Part shown: one piece after another, positions 8,263 to 16,154 of the stretch
Layout: each line of letters starts with the position of its first letter
Numbering within the stretch: the stretch's first letter is position 1
From: an uncultured Methanosarcinales archaeon
GTDB taxonomy: Archaea > Nanobdellota > Nanobdellia > Woesearchaeales > CAYMBN01
Length of the DNA stretch: 32,000 nt
Direction of reading: 5' to 3'
NCBI GenBank assembly: GCA_964388715.1
Contig: CAYMBN010000002.1
Coordinates: 31,441-63,440 of the forward strand
Translations under genes and position numbers: made by a program
Notes under the pieces: generated by a model
What the model was told of the DNA's origin: nothing
What the model saw: the letters and a program-made list of their open reading frames with translations, nothing else
Database searches by the model: none

Positions 8263-9280
8263 CTAGATTAATATCATCATAAAGTTCTGCTGTAATGTTC
8301 TTAATAAGTATTTTTTCATGATCAGATAACTTTGATTTTCTCATACTACTTATTATTTGTTGATATGTTTGTTCTGCTTCTCTAATTTGTCTTGCTTTAA
8401 TAAAATCTCTACATTCATCAATTAATCTATAAATATCAAGATGGTGTGTTGTGCTCATCATATTTTCGAAAGGGATTTGTTTTGTTTTTTGGCCAATTCC
8501 GAGAATACTTTCTTTTGATTTTCCACTGATATCATGACTTTTTTTATTTAGAAAATCAAAATTGCCTCTAAGTTGTGATATATTTTTTTCTAATTTTTCC
8601 TTTTCTTTGTTTAATTCGGCAATATTTTCTTTGAGTTCTTTGGTTTTGTTTATTTGTACCAGCTTTTTTTCACTTTCTTTTGCTTGTTTTTCAATTATTT
8701 TTTCAGTTTCTTCTATCTTCGTTAGGTCTACTTCTATTTGTTTTTGTTTTAGGTCTAGTTTATATTCTAATGTTGAAAGCTTTTTTTCTTTTGGAGATAC
8801 TTTTGATTCCCTTTTATTTAGATCTTTTTCAAGAATTTTTAACTTCTTTTCTTTTATAACTAATTGTTCCTCAAGATTGTCTAATTGGATTTCTTTCTTT
8901 CCTAAAAATTCTGACCTTTTTTTGATACCCATTTTGTCTTCTTTCATTTCTTTTCTAAGAAATTCAAGTTCGATCTTTTTTGTTTCTATTTGTTTGTCTA
9001 GTTTATCAATTTGTTTTTCTTTTTTACCTTTCTTTTCAACTAGAACTTTTTTAGATTTTTCTTTAGAGATTCCAGGTGCTTCAGGAATCATAGAATCATC
9101 AAGAATATTTTTAGGAACTTTAATTATTTTTGGAATTTTCGGTAATTTAGGAAGCTTTGGTATTTTTGGGATTACTTTTACTTTCTTTTTTACTTTGAAA
9201 AGATTCATTACCTTATGTACCTTTTTTGGTTCTGGTATTGATTCCATTAATTTGTCAATGTCACTCTCTTTTATTGCCAT
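8252..9280 (-). CDS. Lys/Glu-rich coiled-coil protein with N-terminal PK(I/L) repeats
   Basis: 342 aa. It has an IPKIPKLPKLPKIPKIIKVPK repeat (9110..9172), then about 200 aa of heptad-like KE-rich sequence. I recognise no family. Confidence 0.55.
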   Translation of the reverse strand: MAIKESDIDKLMESIPEPKKVHKVMNLFKVKKKVKVIPKIPKLPKLPKIPKIIKVPKNILDDSMIPEAPGISKEKSKKVLVEKKGKKEKQIDKLDKQIETKKIELEFLRKEMKEDKMGIKKRSEFLGKKEIQLDNLEEQLVIKEKKLKILEKDLNKRESKVSPKEKKLSTLEYKLDLKQKQIEVDLTKIEETEKIIEKQAKESEKKLVQINKTKELKENIAELNKEKEKLEKNISQLRGNFDFLNKKSHDISGKSKESILGIGQKTKQIPFENMMSTTHHLDIYRLIDECRDFIKARQIREAEQTYQQIISSMRKSKLSDHEKILIKNITAELYDDINLAKL

Positions 9281-9458
9281 TTTTTTATTGTTTAAGTATG
9301 TTTTATTTAAAAACCTTTTGAAAAATCAGAGATTTTTCTAAATGGTTTAGGATGATAATCCTAAAACCTTTTACAATAATCTATATTTTGTGTTATGAAA
9401 AACTTTAAATAGGAGTTAGTATTTTAAAATAGTAAATAATCAAAATGGGGGGATTTTA

Positions 9459-9806
9459 ATGAAAAAGATTGTGTTTAGTGTTTTTGTATTTCTCTTATTA
9501 AGTGTTAGTCTAGGTTCAATTAGGAACAATGATCCTGTTGCGGCTGGAGATGAACTTTTAACACATGTTAATATTATCAATGATGGTACAGAAGATGCAG
9601 AAGAGCTAAGAGTGATGTTTTTTATACCTGAGCTAGGGATGTTCTGGAGTTCTACAAGAACTGATGTTGATAAAGGTGAGAAGAAAGGGAAGTTCTTTAT
9701 GTTAGAAATTCCAGAAGATATGGAACCAGGATATTACTATACACGAGTTGTTTTGAGTAATGACAAAATGAGAAAAGTTTATAAAACAAGTATTGAAGTG
9801 ATATAA
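9459..9806 (+). CDS. small secreted protein, unknown function
   Basis: 115 aa with signal peptide MKKIVFSVFVFLLLSVSLG. A GGGGGG SD-like run lies upstream. The beta-rich sequence is reminiscent of CARDB-type domains, but this is a weak match. Confidence 0.55.
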   Translation: MKKIVFSVFVFLLLSVSLGSIRNNDPVAAGDELLTHVNIINDGTEDAEELRVMFFIPELGMFWSSTRTDVDKGEKKGKFFMLEIPEDMEPGYYYTRVVLSNDKMRKVYKTSIEVI

Positions 9807-9844
9807 AACAAAGACTTTTAAAAATTTAAGAAATTTTTAAACCG

Positions 9845-9869
9845 TTTGGAAATGTCTAGCATTTCCAAA
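9845..9869. promoter_or_regulatory. perfect 10-bp inverted repeat directly upstream of the trm1 TATA box
   Basis: TTTGGAAATG-tctag-CATTTCCAAA, followed 2 nt later by TTTTATAT (9872..9879), which sits 23 nt before the ATG at 9903. Confidence 0.4.
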
Positions 9870-9902
9870 AGTTTTATATTTTATTTCTTTTTCTTATTAT
9901 TT

Positions 9903-10919
9903 ATGATAATACAAGAAGGTAAAGTTAAGATTAATGTTGTAAAATCTAAGAAAATTAGTAAGAAACTTTCTGTATTTTATAATCCTGTGATGGAGTTAAA
10001 TAGAACTGTTTCTGTTTTGGTGTTGAATGCTATTGATAAAAAGGACATACAAATAGCATTGCCTTTAGCAGGAAGTGGTGTTCGTGGATTAAGATTTTTA
10101 AAGGAGTTGAAAAAAGGTATTGTTAAGAGGATTTATTTTAATGATATTAGTGAGGATGCTGTTAAATCAATTAAAGATAATTTGAAGCTGAATAGGATCT
10201 CTTCTAAAAAAGTGGTTATTACACAACAGGACGCAAATTTGTTTTTATTAGAGTCTCAGGGTTTTGATTATATTGATGTTGACCCTTTTGGGAGTCCTAA
10301 TATTTTTCTTGATTCTGCTGTTAAAAGATTGGGTAGAGCTGGAATACTTGCTGTAACTGCAACTGATACAGGATGTTTGGCAGGTAGTTTTCCAAAAGCT
10401 TGTCAAAGAAAGTATTGGGCAATTCCGCAAAGAAATGAAACAATGCATGAGAATGGTTTGAGAATTTTAATAAGAAAAGTACAACTGATTGGAGCTGATC
10501 ATAGTAAAGCTTTAACTCCTATTTTTTCATATTCAAAAGATCATTATCTTCGTGTATTTTTTAAATGTGAGAAAGGGAAAAAAAAGGTTGATGAAATTAT
10601 TAAAAAACATGGTATGTTTAATCAAGCAGGTCCTTTGTGGTTAGGTGAATTATGGGATCAAAAAATTGTTAAAAAAATTGTAGGGCAGACAAGTGATAAA
10701 TTTTTAAGGATTATTGAACAAGAGTCAAAAATACCTGTTGTTGGATTTTATAACCTTCCTAGATTATCTAAACAATATAAGTTTAAGATGCTAAAACAAG
10801 ATGAGTTGACAAGAAAAATTAGGAAGAAAGGTTATGAAGTAGCTGTAACTCATTTTGCTCCTAATAGTATAAGAAGCGATATCACAATTGAAAAACTGAT
10901 TATGATTTTAAGAAGATAA
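9903..10919 (+). CDS. trm1: tRNA (guanine26-N2)-dimethyltransferase Trm1
   Basis: Motifs FYNPVMELNR, LAGSGVRGLRF and DVDPFGSP. I start at the internal Met (MIIQEGKVKI) because the 19-codon upstream extension in the ORF track covers the promoter and palindrome. Confidence 0.85.
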   Translation: MIIQEGKVKINVVKSKKISKKLSVFYNPVMELNRTVSVLVLNAIDKKDIQIALPLAGSGVRGLRFLKELKKGIVKRIYFNDISEDAVKSIKDNLKLNRISSKKVVITQQDANLFLLESQGFDYIDVDPFGSPNIFLDSAVKRLGRAGILAVTATDTGCLAGSFPKACQRKYWAIPQRNETMHENGLRILIRKVQLIGADHSKALTPIFSYSKDHYLRVFFKCEKGKKKVDEIIKKHGMFNQAGPLWLGELWDQKIVKKIVGQTSDKFLRIIEQESKIPVVGFYNLPRLSKQYKFKMLKQDELTRKIRKKGYEVAVTHFAPNSIRSDITIEKLIMILRR

Positions 10920-11618
10920 TTTCTTTTTTTGTTCTATGAATTTTCCATCATATTGTCCTATAAATTCTTCTAAAGATTGTCTTATTTCAGGAGTGTAAAA
11001 CCTATTTCCAAATCCAGGAAGTTCTTCAGAAAGTCTAGCTAAGATATGATGTTGATTTCTTAATGTTTGGACAAGAATTTTTTCATTACCATCTCTTCTA
11101 AACTGTCTATAAGCAAATATAACATAACCCAAACGTTCAATAGCGTCAAATAATCTGATTTCATAGTGATATTTCTCTTCTAGTTCTGGTGTAACTCTTT
11201 CATGTCCTGCTTTCCCAATATATTGTAAAGTATAAGCTAAGAATAAATCTTTTTTAGAATCCTTAGAAAGATCTGAAATTAATTTTTCAAAACCTGTTAT
11301 TTCTTCTAAGTCTGCTTTTAGATTTTTATCTATATATAGAGTATCTCCTGCATCAATTTCACCTAAATCATGTAATAAAATTGCTTTAAGTACAAGGTAA
11401 TCATCAAAATTAGAACCTCCATTTTCTAAAATATACCTTTTCTCATTATCTATTATTAAAATACTTAATAACGCAGCTTTATAAGTGTGTTGTAATGTAT
11501 TTTCAGGTTTAGCTTCCTCATTTTCAACATATTTATCCCAACGTCCTACTTTTTCCATTTCAGTACTTCTTATAAGAAGTTTTTCGAGTGAATTGAAAGT
11601 AGGTATATCTAATTTCAT
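10908..11618 (-). CDS. HD-domain phosphohydrolase (YfbR-like)
   Basis: 236 aa with H...LLHDLGEIDAGD metal-binding motifs. It converges on trm1 with a 12-nt overlap. Confidence 0.6.
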   Translation of the reverse strand: MKLDIPTFNSLEKLLIRSTEMEKVGRWDKYVENEEAKPENTLQHTYKAALLSILIIDNEKRYILENGGSNFDDYLVLKAILLHDLGEIDAGDTLYIDKNLKADLEEITGFEKLISDLSKDSKKDLFLAYTLQYIGKAGHERVTPELEEKYHYEIRLFDAIERLGYVIFAYRQFRRDGNEKILVQTLRNQHHILARLSEELPGFGNRFYTPEIRQSLEEFIGQYDGKFIEQKKKLSS

Positions 11619-11661
11619 TTATCTTTAAGAATTTAGAGTTTTTTATAAATATTATTGTACT

Positions 11662-11940
11662 CTAACCAATAGCTCTTCTTACGTCAACTACTTCAACAGA
11701 CATTATACCTTCTATTCTTTTTATTTGTTCTTCAAGAATGTCTGTGGAACCTTTTGATTCATCCATAACAAAAAGAATTTTTAGAGATTTAAGACCAAAT
11801 GCAATTGGTTCAATTACGGTTTTTGTTTCTCCTTCACCTGCAAAGGCTTTTATTTTTTCTTTTGCTTGTGTTTCAATTTTTCCTAAATCAATTTCAACTG
11901 ATTCAGGCATTATTTTGAATGTTATAATCACATTTGCCAT
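11662..11940 (-). CDS. ef1b: elongation factor 1-beta (aEF-1beta)
   Basis: 92 aa. MANVIITFKIMPESVEIDL...VEVVDVRRAIG is the typical archaeal EF-1beta length and termini. Confidence 0.85.
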   Translation of the reverse strand: MANVIITFKIMPESVEIDLGKIETQAKEKIKAFAGEGETKTVIEPIAFGLKSLKILFVMDESKGSTDILEEQIKRIEGIMSVEVVDVRRAIG

Positions 11941-11956
11941 AATAAAAACCTCTTAA

Positions 11957-12130
11957 TTAATTAGGACCTATAAATCCGCATTCTGGACATCTATATTTAA
12001 CAACGATCTCTCTACAATGTTTACATCGGATTATTTCTTGTTTTCCACATTTAGGACACATGAATTTGACACTTCCTGTGTCATTTGTTATCCTTTTTTT
12101 GCAGGAAATACATACTAATGGTTTTATCAT
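11957..12130 (-). CDS. small Zn-ribbon protein (the family usually adjacent to aEF-1beta)
   Basis: My own translation, not in the ORF track: MIKPLVCISCKKRITNDTGSVKFMCPKCGKQEIIRCKHCREIVVKYRCPECGFIGPN (57 aa, four CxxC pairs). A TATA box (TTTATATA, 12155..12162) lies 24 nt upstream, and ef1b starts 16 nt downstream. Confidence 0.7.
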   Translation of the reverse strand: MIKPLVCISCKKRITNDTGSVKFMCPKCGKQEIIRCKHCREIVVKYRCPECGFIGPN

Positions 12131-12175
12131 TTTAAATACAAAAAATTAGGGTTGTTTATATAGTTTTCCATAAGA

Positions 12176-12183
12176 TTTATAAA
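12176..12183 (+). promoter_or_regulatory. candidate TATA box (TTTATAAA) for a leadered S13-operon transcript
   Basis: It is the same octamer as at the rnz, endA and leuS promoters. It lies about 118 nt upstream of the S13 ATG, so a roughly 100-nt leader would result. Confidence 0.35.
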
Positions 12184-12300
12184 TGCATGGCTATTTTTAG
12201 TGTGAATAACAAGTCTGGTCAATAATGACCTGGCCAATAGGCCTTAAAACCTTGAGGGGTTTTATGACATTATAGGTTGATTCTATAATGTTATATTTAT

Positions 12301-12786
12301 ATGAAAATGGTAGAAGGAAAAGATTTTAGACACATAGTACGTGTAATTAATACTGATTTAGACGGGAACAAACCAATAGTTGATGCTCTAAGAAAAGTTA
12401 AAGGAATTGGTTTTATGTTTTCTAATGTTGTTTGTTCATTGGCAAAAGTTGATAAAAAAGCTAAGACTGGTAATTTAGATGATAAGATTATTAAGAAGAT
12501 TGAAGATATTATTAATAATCCAAGTATGTATAATATTCCTTTGTGGATGCTTAATAGAAGAAATGATCCTGAGGATGGTTTAGACAAACATCTTACTTCT
12601 GCAAATCTTAAGTTTGTACAGGATAATGATATTAAATTGATGAAGAAAATTAAACTATATAGGGGAGTAAGACATATAATGCGGTTACCTGTTAGAGGTC
12701 AGAGAACAAAATCTAATTTTAGAAAAAATAAAGGAAAAGTTACTGGCGTAAAACGTAGACCTGGTATTAAATCAGGTAGGAAATAA
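12301..12786 (+). CDS. rps13: 30S ribosomal protein S13 (uS13)
   Basis: 161 aa. FRHIVRVINTDLDGNKPIVDALRKVKGIG and an Arg/Lys-rich C-terminus. It is first in the conserved S13-S4-S11-RpoD order. Confidence 0.95.
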   Translation: MKMVEGKDFRHIVRVINTDLDGNKPIVDALRKVKGIGFMFSNVVCSLAKVDKKAKTGNLDDKIIKKIEDIINNPSMYNIPLWMLNRRNDPEDGLDKHLTSANLKFVQDNDIKLMKKIKLYRGVRHIMRLPVRGQRTKSNFRKNKGKVTGVKRRPGIKSGRK

Positions 12787-12796
12787 ATGGTGAAAA

Positions 12797-13441
12797 ATGG
12801 GCGATCCAAGAAAAACCAGGAAAAAGTATGACACACCACAACATCCTTGGCAAAAAGAAAGGATGGATCAAGAATCTGTGTTTTTGAAAGAGTATGGACT
12901 AAAAAATAAAAAAGAAATATGGAAAATGAATTATATTCTTAGGAGTTTTGCTTTACAAGCAAAAAAACTTATTTCACTAAAAAGTAAACAAGCTGAAAAG
13001 GAAAAAGAATTGTTATTAGAAAAATTAAAAGTTTTAGGATTACTACCAGCTACTGCAAGGATTGAAGATGTTCTTGGACTTTCCTTAAAAGATATATTAG
13101 AAAGAAGACTACAAACAAAGGTTTTTAGAAATGATCTTGCGAAGAGTATAAAACAATCTAGACAATTTATAGTTCATCATCATATTTTTGTAGGTGATAA
13201 AAAAATTACTTCACCTTCTTATTTAGTTAAAGTTAATGAGGAAGCACAACTTACTTTTGCTTCAAAATCTCCTTATTTTGATGTTGAACATCCTGAAAGA
13301 AATGTTGTAAAAGAAGAAATTAAAGAAAAGAAACCAAAGAAAGAAGAAACTAAAAAAGTTATCAAAAAGGGAAATAAAAAAAATCCTAAAAAAGTGAACA
13401 AAGATGTTAAAAAACAAAACAAAACCGCACAGAAGAAGTAA
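12797..13441 (+). CDS. rps4: 30S ribosomal protein S4 (uS4) with a Lys-rich C-terminal extension
   Basis: [19 protein letters not shown]... is the archaeal S4 N-terminus. An S4 RNA-binding domain follows, then a tail of about 45 aa rich in KKxK. Confidence 0.93.
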   Translation: MGDPRKTRKKYDTPQHPWQKERMDQESVFLKEYGLKNKKEIWKMNYILRSFALQAKKLISLKSKQAEKEKELLLEKLKVLGLLPATARIEDVLGLSLKDILERRLQTKVFRNDLAKSIKQSRQFIVHHHIFVGDKKITSPSYLVKVNEEAQLTFASKSPYFDVEHPERNVVKEEIKEKKPKKEETKKVIKKGNKKNPKKVNKDVKKQNKTAQKK

Positions 13442-13832
13442 TCAAGAGCTTGTATGGGGAATTGCTCATATTTATAGTAGTTATAATAATACAGTTATTC
13501 ATATAACAGATATTACTGGAACAGAAACACTTGCAAGAAGTTCAGGTGGACAGGTTGTTAAAGCTGATAGATTAGAAAGTTCGCCAACAGCTGCAATGAT
13601 GGCTGCTAAAAAGGCTGCAGAGAATGCAATGGAAAAAGGAATTAATGCATTACATGTTAAAGTAAAAGCTCCAGGTGGACATAATGGTCCTAGTAATCCT
13701 GGTCCAGGTGCACAAGCAGCTGTTAGAGCATTATCAAGAATGGGTATTAAAATTGGAGTTATTGAAGATGTTACTCCTGTCCCTCATGATGGTTGTAGAA
13801 AAAAAGGAGGTCGTCGTGGTAGACGGGTTTAA
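13404..13832 (+). CDS. rps11: 30S ribosomal protein S11 (uS11)
   Basis: [19 protein letters not shown]...[11 protein letters not shown]...[15 protein letters not shown]. The start is uncertain; the first in-frame ATG overlaps the S4 tail by 38 nt. Confidence 0.9.
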   Translation: MLKNKTKPHRRSNQELVWGIAHIYSSYNNTVIHITDITGTETLARSSGGQVVKADRLESSPTAAMMAAKKAAENAMEKGINALHVKVKAPGGHNGPSNPGPGAQAAVRALSRMGIKIGVIEDVTPVPHDGCRKKGGRRGRRV

Positions 13833-13835
13833 AAA

Positions 13836-14639
13836 ATGGAAATAAGATTGCTTGATGAGGATAAAAATAAATTAAATGTTTCATTTATTATAAAAGGTTA
13901 TGAAACCTCATTTGTTAATGCAGTAAGACGTCTAATGATGGATAATGTCCCTACACTTGCAATAGAAGATATTGAGTTTAGAAAGAATTCTTCTATACTT
14001 TATGATGAAATAGTTGCACATAGACTTGGATTATTACCTATTAAGACTGATCTTAAGTCATATGAATTACCAAGTGTATGTTCATGCAAGGGTGAAGGAT
14101 GTGCTAAATGTCAATTAAAAATGACTCTTAGTGGAAAAACTATTGGAACTGTTTATGCTGGTGATATCAAATCTAAAGATTCAAAGTGTGTTCCTGTTTA
14201 TAAAAAAATGCCAATTGTAAAATTGTTTAAAGGTCAAGCAATTGAATTGGAAGCAGTAGCTAAACTTGGACAAGGTAAAGAACACTCAAAATGGGTGCCT
14301 GCTCATGTTTTTTTTAGAAATAGTGTAAATATTGTAATTAGTGGTAAATGTAATGATATTGAAAAGTGTGTGAAAGCTTGTCCTAAACAAATATTAATTA
14401 ATAAAAATGGTAAATTGGCTATTAACAAAGAAAATTTGTTTAATTGTGATTTGTGTCAAGCGTGTGTTAATGTGTGTCCTAAAGGAATAAGTATTAATTC
14501 AAATAAAGATGAGTTTATATTTAATATTGAGTCATGGGGACAATTACCTGTTAAAGAGATTGGATTAAAAGCAGCCGACCTCTTTAAAGAAAAAATTGAT
14601 AATTTTGAAAAGGCTGTTAATGAAGGCATCTCTAAGTAA
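13836..14639 (+). CDS. rpoD: DNA-directed RNA polymerase subunit D (Rpo3) with ferredoxin-like Cys clusters
   Basis: 267 aa. VNAVRRLMMDNVPTLAIEDIEF and HRLGLLPI alpha-like motifs. The CDLCQACVNVCPKG 4Fe-4S-type motif lies in domain 3. Confidence 0.9.
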   Translation: MEIRLLDEDKNKLNVSFIIKGYETSFVNAVRRLMMDNVPTLAIEDIEFRKNSSILYDEIVAHRLGLLPIKTDLKSYELPSVCSCKGEGCAKCQLKMTLSGKTIGTVYAGDIKSKDSKCVPVYKKMPIVKLFKGQAIELEAVAKLGQGKEHSKWVPAHVFFRNSVNIVISGKCNDIEKCVKACPKQILINKNGKLAINKENLFNCDLCQACVNVCPKGISINSNKDEFIFNIESWGQLPVKEIGLKAADLFKEKIDNFEKAVNEGISK

Positions 14640-14648
14640 ATCTTATAC

Positions 14649-14752
14649 GCGGAGGTGGCAGAGCCTGGTCAAATGCGCAAGGTTGAGGAAACAAAACGTT
14701 GCAAATGCCTTGTCCCTTAGTGGGTGCGCGCGTTCGAATCGCGTCCTCCGCA
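14649..14752 (+). tRNA. tRNA-Leu (anticodon GAG), class II, with an ~18-nt anticodon-loop intron
   Basis: Acceptor GCGGAGG/CCUCCGC plus A. D arm GCAG/AUGC. Anticodon stem CAAGG/CCUUG and loop UU-GAG-G[intron 14689..14706]G. Long variable arm CCCUUAGUGGG. T arm GCGCG-UUCGAAU-CGCGU. The intron has an inner helix AAC/GUU. Confidence 0.85.
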
Positions 14753-14766
14753 ATTGATGATTAAAA

Positions 14767-15132
14767 ATGGTAAAACGAACTGGAACAACAAATCCTGTAT
14801 TAAAAGATTTGATTAGTTTGCTAAAGAAAAAATCTTTTGAGAATAAAGTTAAGATTTGGAAAAGAATAGCTAATGATCTTGAAAAGCCTACAAGAATAAG
14901 GAGAAAGGTTAATCTTACAAGGATTGATAAGCATACTAAAGATAATGAAACTATTGTTGTGCCTGGTAAAGTACTTGGAATGGGTTCATTAAACCATAAA
15001 GTTAGTATTGCTGCATTTAGTTTTTCAGAACAAGCATTAGAAAAAATATCAAAGAGTGGTTCAAGTTCAATGTCAATAAAAGAATTAGTTGAAAAAAATC
15101 CTAAAGCAAGTAAGGTGAGGATAATAGGATGA
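14767..15132 (+). CDS. rpl18e: 50S ribosomal protein L18e
   Basis: 121 aa. N-terminal RTGTTNP... followed by VVPGKVLG, and the conserved position after rpoD. Confidence 0.88.
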   Translation: MVKRTGTTNPVLKDLISLLKKKSFENKVKIWKRIANDLEKPTRIRRKVNLTRIDKHTKDNETIVVPGKVLGMGSLNHKVSIAAFSFSEQALEKISKSGSSSMSIKELVEKNPKASKVRIIG

Positions 15133-15545
15133 ATGTTAATGGTGAAGATTTAATACTTGGAAGGGTGGCAAGTTTTGTAGCTAAAAAAGCTTTATTAGGA
15201 GAAAAAGTAAATATTCTTAATTGTGAAAAGATAATCATTACTGGCAGTAAAAAAGATGTTTTTGGTAAGTATAAGAATTTATCAGATAAAGGACAGGTTA
15301 ATCAAGGTCCTTATCTTTCAAGAACTGCAGATAGATTTGTTAGGAGAGCTGTAAAAAGAATGTTACCTTATAAGAAAGCACGTGGTAAGGAAGCTTTTAA
15401 GAGAATTATGTGTTATAAAGGTGTTCCTGAAGGTTTTGCTAAGGAAAAAATGTTAACATTACAAAGTGCTCATGTTAAAAAGTTACCATCATTGAAATAC
15501 GTTAAGGTTGGTGATATTTGTAAATTGTTAGGGGGTAAATTATGA
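15129..15545 (+). CDS. rpl13: 50S ribosomal protein L13 (uL13)
   Basis: 138 aa. LGRVASFVAKKALLGEKV...RMLP motifs. ATGA overlap with L18e. Confidence 0.93.
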   Translation: MNVNGEDLILGRVASFVAKKALLGEKVNILNCEKIIITGSKKDVFGKYKNLSDKGQVNQGPYLSRTADRFVRRAVKRMLPYKKARGKEAFKRIMCYKGVPEGFAKEKMLTLQSAHVKKLPSLKYVKVGDICKLLGGKL

Positions 15546-15946
15546 AAAAAACATTTCATTGTTCTGGGAAAAGGAAAAGTTCTGTTGCAAGAGCTACATT
15601 AAAATCTGGAAGTGGAAAAATTAAAATTAATAACATTCCTCTTGATTTATATTCTCCAAAAGTTTCAAGGTTAAAGATAAGAGAACCATTAATATTAGCT
15701 GGAGATCTTGCTGGTCAGGTTGATATTAATGTAAAAGTTATTGGTGGAGGTTTTACAAGTCAAGCAGAAGCTGTTAGGCTTGCTATTGCACGATGTTTAG
15801 TTGCTTACACTAAAGATAAAAAACTTAAAAAAGTTTTTTTAAGTTATGATAGAACATTACTTGTTGCTGATGTTAGAAGAAAGGAAACACATAAACCTAA
15901 TAGACATGGTAAAGCTAGAGCAAAACGTCAAAAATCTTATCGTTGA
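15542..15946 (+). CDS. rps9: 30S ribosomal protein S9 (uS9)
   Basis: 134 aa. GKRKSSVARATL...GGGFTSQAEAVRLAIARCL...DVRRKE..KPNRHGKARAKRQKSYR. Confidence 0.95.
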   Translation: MKKTFHCSGKRKSSVARATLKSGSGKIKINNIPLDLYSPKVSRLKIREPLILAGDLAGQVDINVKVIGGGFTSQAEAVRLAIARCLVAYTKDKKLKKVFLSYDRTLLVADVRRKETHKPNRHGKARAKRQKSYR

Positions 15947-15956
15947 GGTGGAAAAA

Positions 15957-16154
15957 ATGATTGTACCTATTCGTTGTTGGAGTTGTGGAAAACCAATTGC
16001 ACATTTATGGGAAGAATATCAAGAAAGACTTGAGAGAGGAGAGGATAGAAAAAAAATATTAGATGGTTTTGGATTAAAAAGATATTGTTGCAGAGCAATG
16101 TTTATGGGACATGTTGATCTAATTGATATTGCTGCAAGGTTTAAGAAAGTTTAA
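15957..16154 (+). CDS. rpoN: DNA-directed RNA polymerase subunit N (Rpo10)
   Basis: MIVPIRCWSCGKPIAHLWEEY...YCCRAMF (65 aa). GAGGTGG lies 5 nt upstream. The longer ORF-track version (from 15846) overlaps rps9 and is rejected. Confidence 0.9.
   Translation: MIVPIRCWSCGKPIAHLWEEYQERLERGEDRKKILDGFGLKRYCCRAMFMGHVDLIDIAARFKKV

Noticed and set aside
8562-9341. A 259-aa plus-strand ORF. The same pattern occurs at 22079..22432.
   Set aside because: The S/F/L-rich translations are the antisense image of AAG/GAA-rich Lys/Glu coiled-coil genes. They have no start context and extend into the promoter region.
9344-9368. Hairpin GGTTTAGGAT-GATA-ATCCTAAAACC in the divergent intergenic region between the coiled-coil gene and the small secreted-protein gene. 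It contains a GAUGAUA string.
   Set aside because: It is a single occurrence with no partner D box or second motif. It could be an operator or nothing, and the evidence is too thin to call a feature.
12213-12268. The three-hairpin cloverleaf-like region upstream of S13 as a tRNA or tRNA pseudogene.
   Set aside because: Stem and loop sizes (5 bp/4 nt, 4 bp/4 nt, 6 bp/6 nt, 3-bp closing stem) do not fit tRNA arms. There is no T-loop UUCRA and no D-loop GG. It is kept only as a possible leader or small-RNA structure.
15846-15956. N-terminal extension of the rpoN ORF (102-aa version).
   Set aside because: It overlaps the 3' end of rps9 out of frame. The canonical RpoN N-terminus MIVPIRC, with GAGGTGG upstream, starts at 15957.
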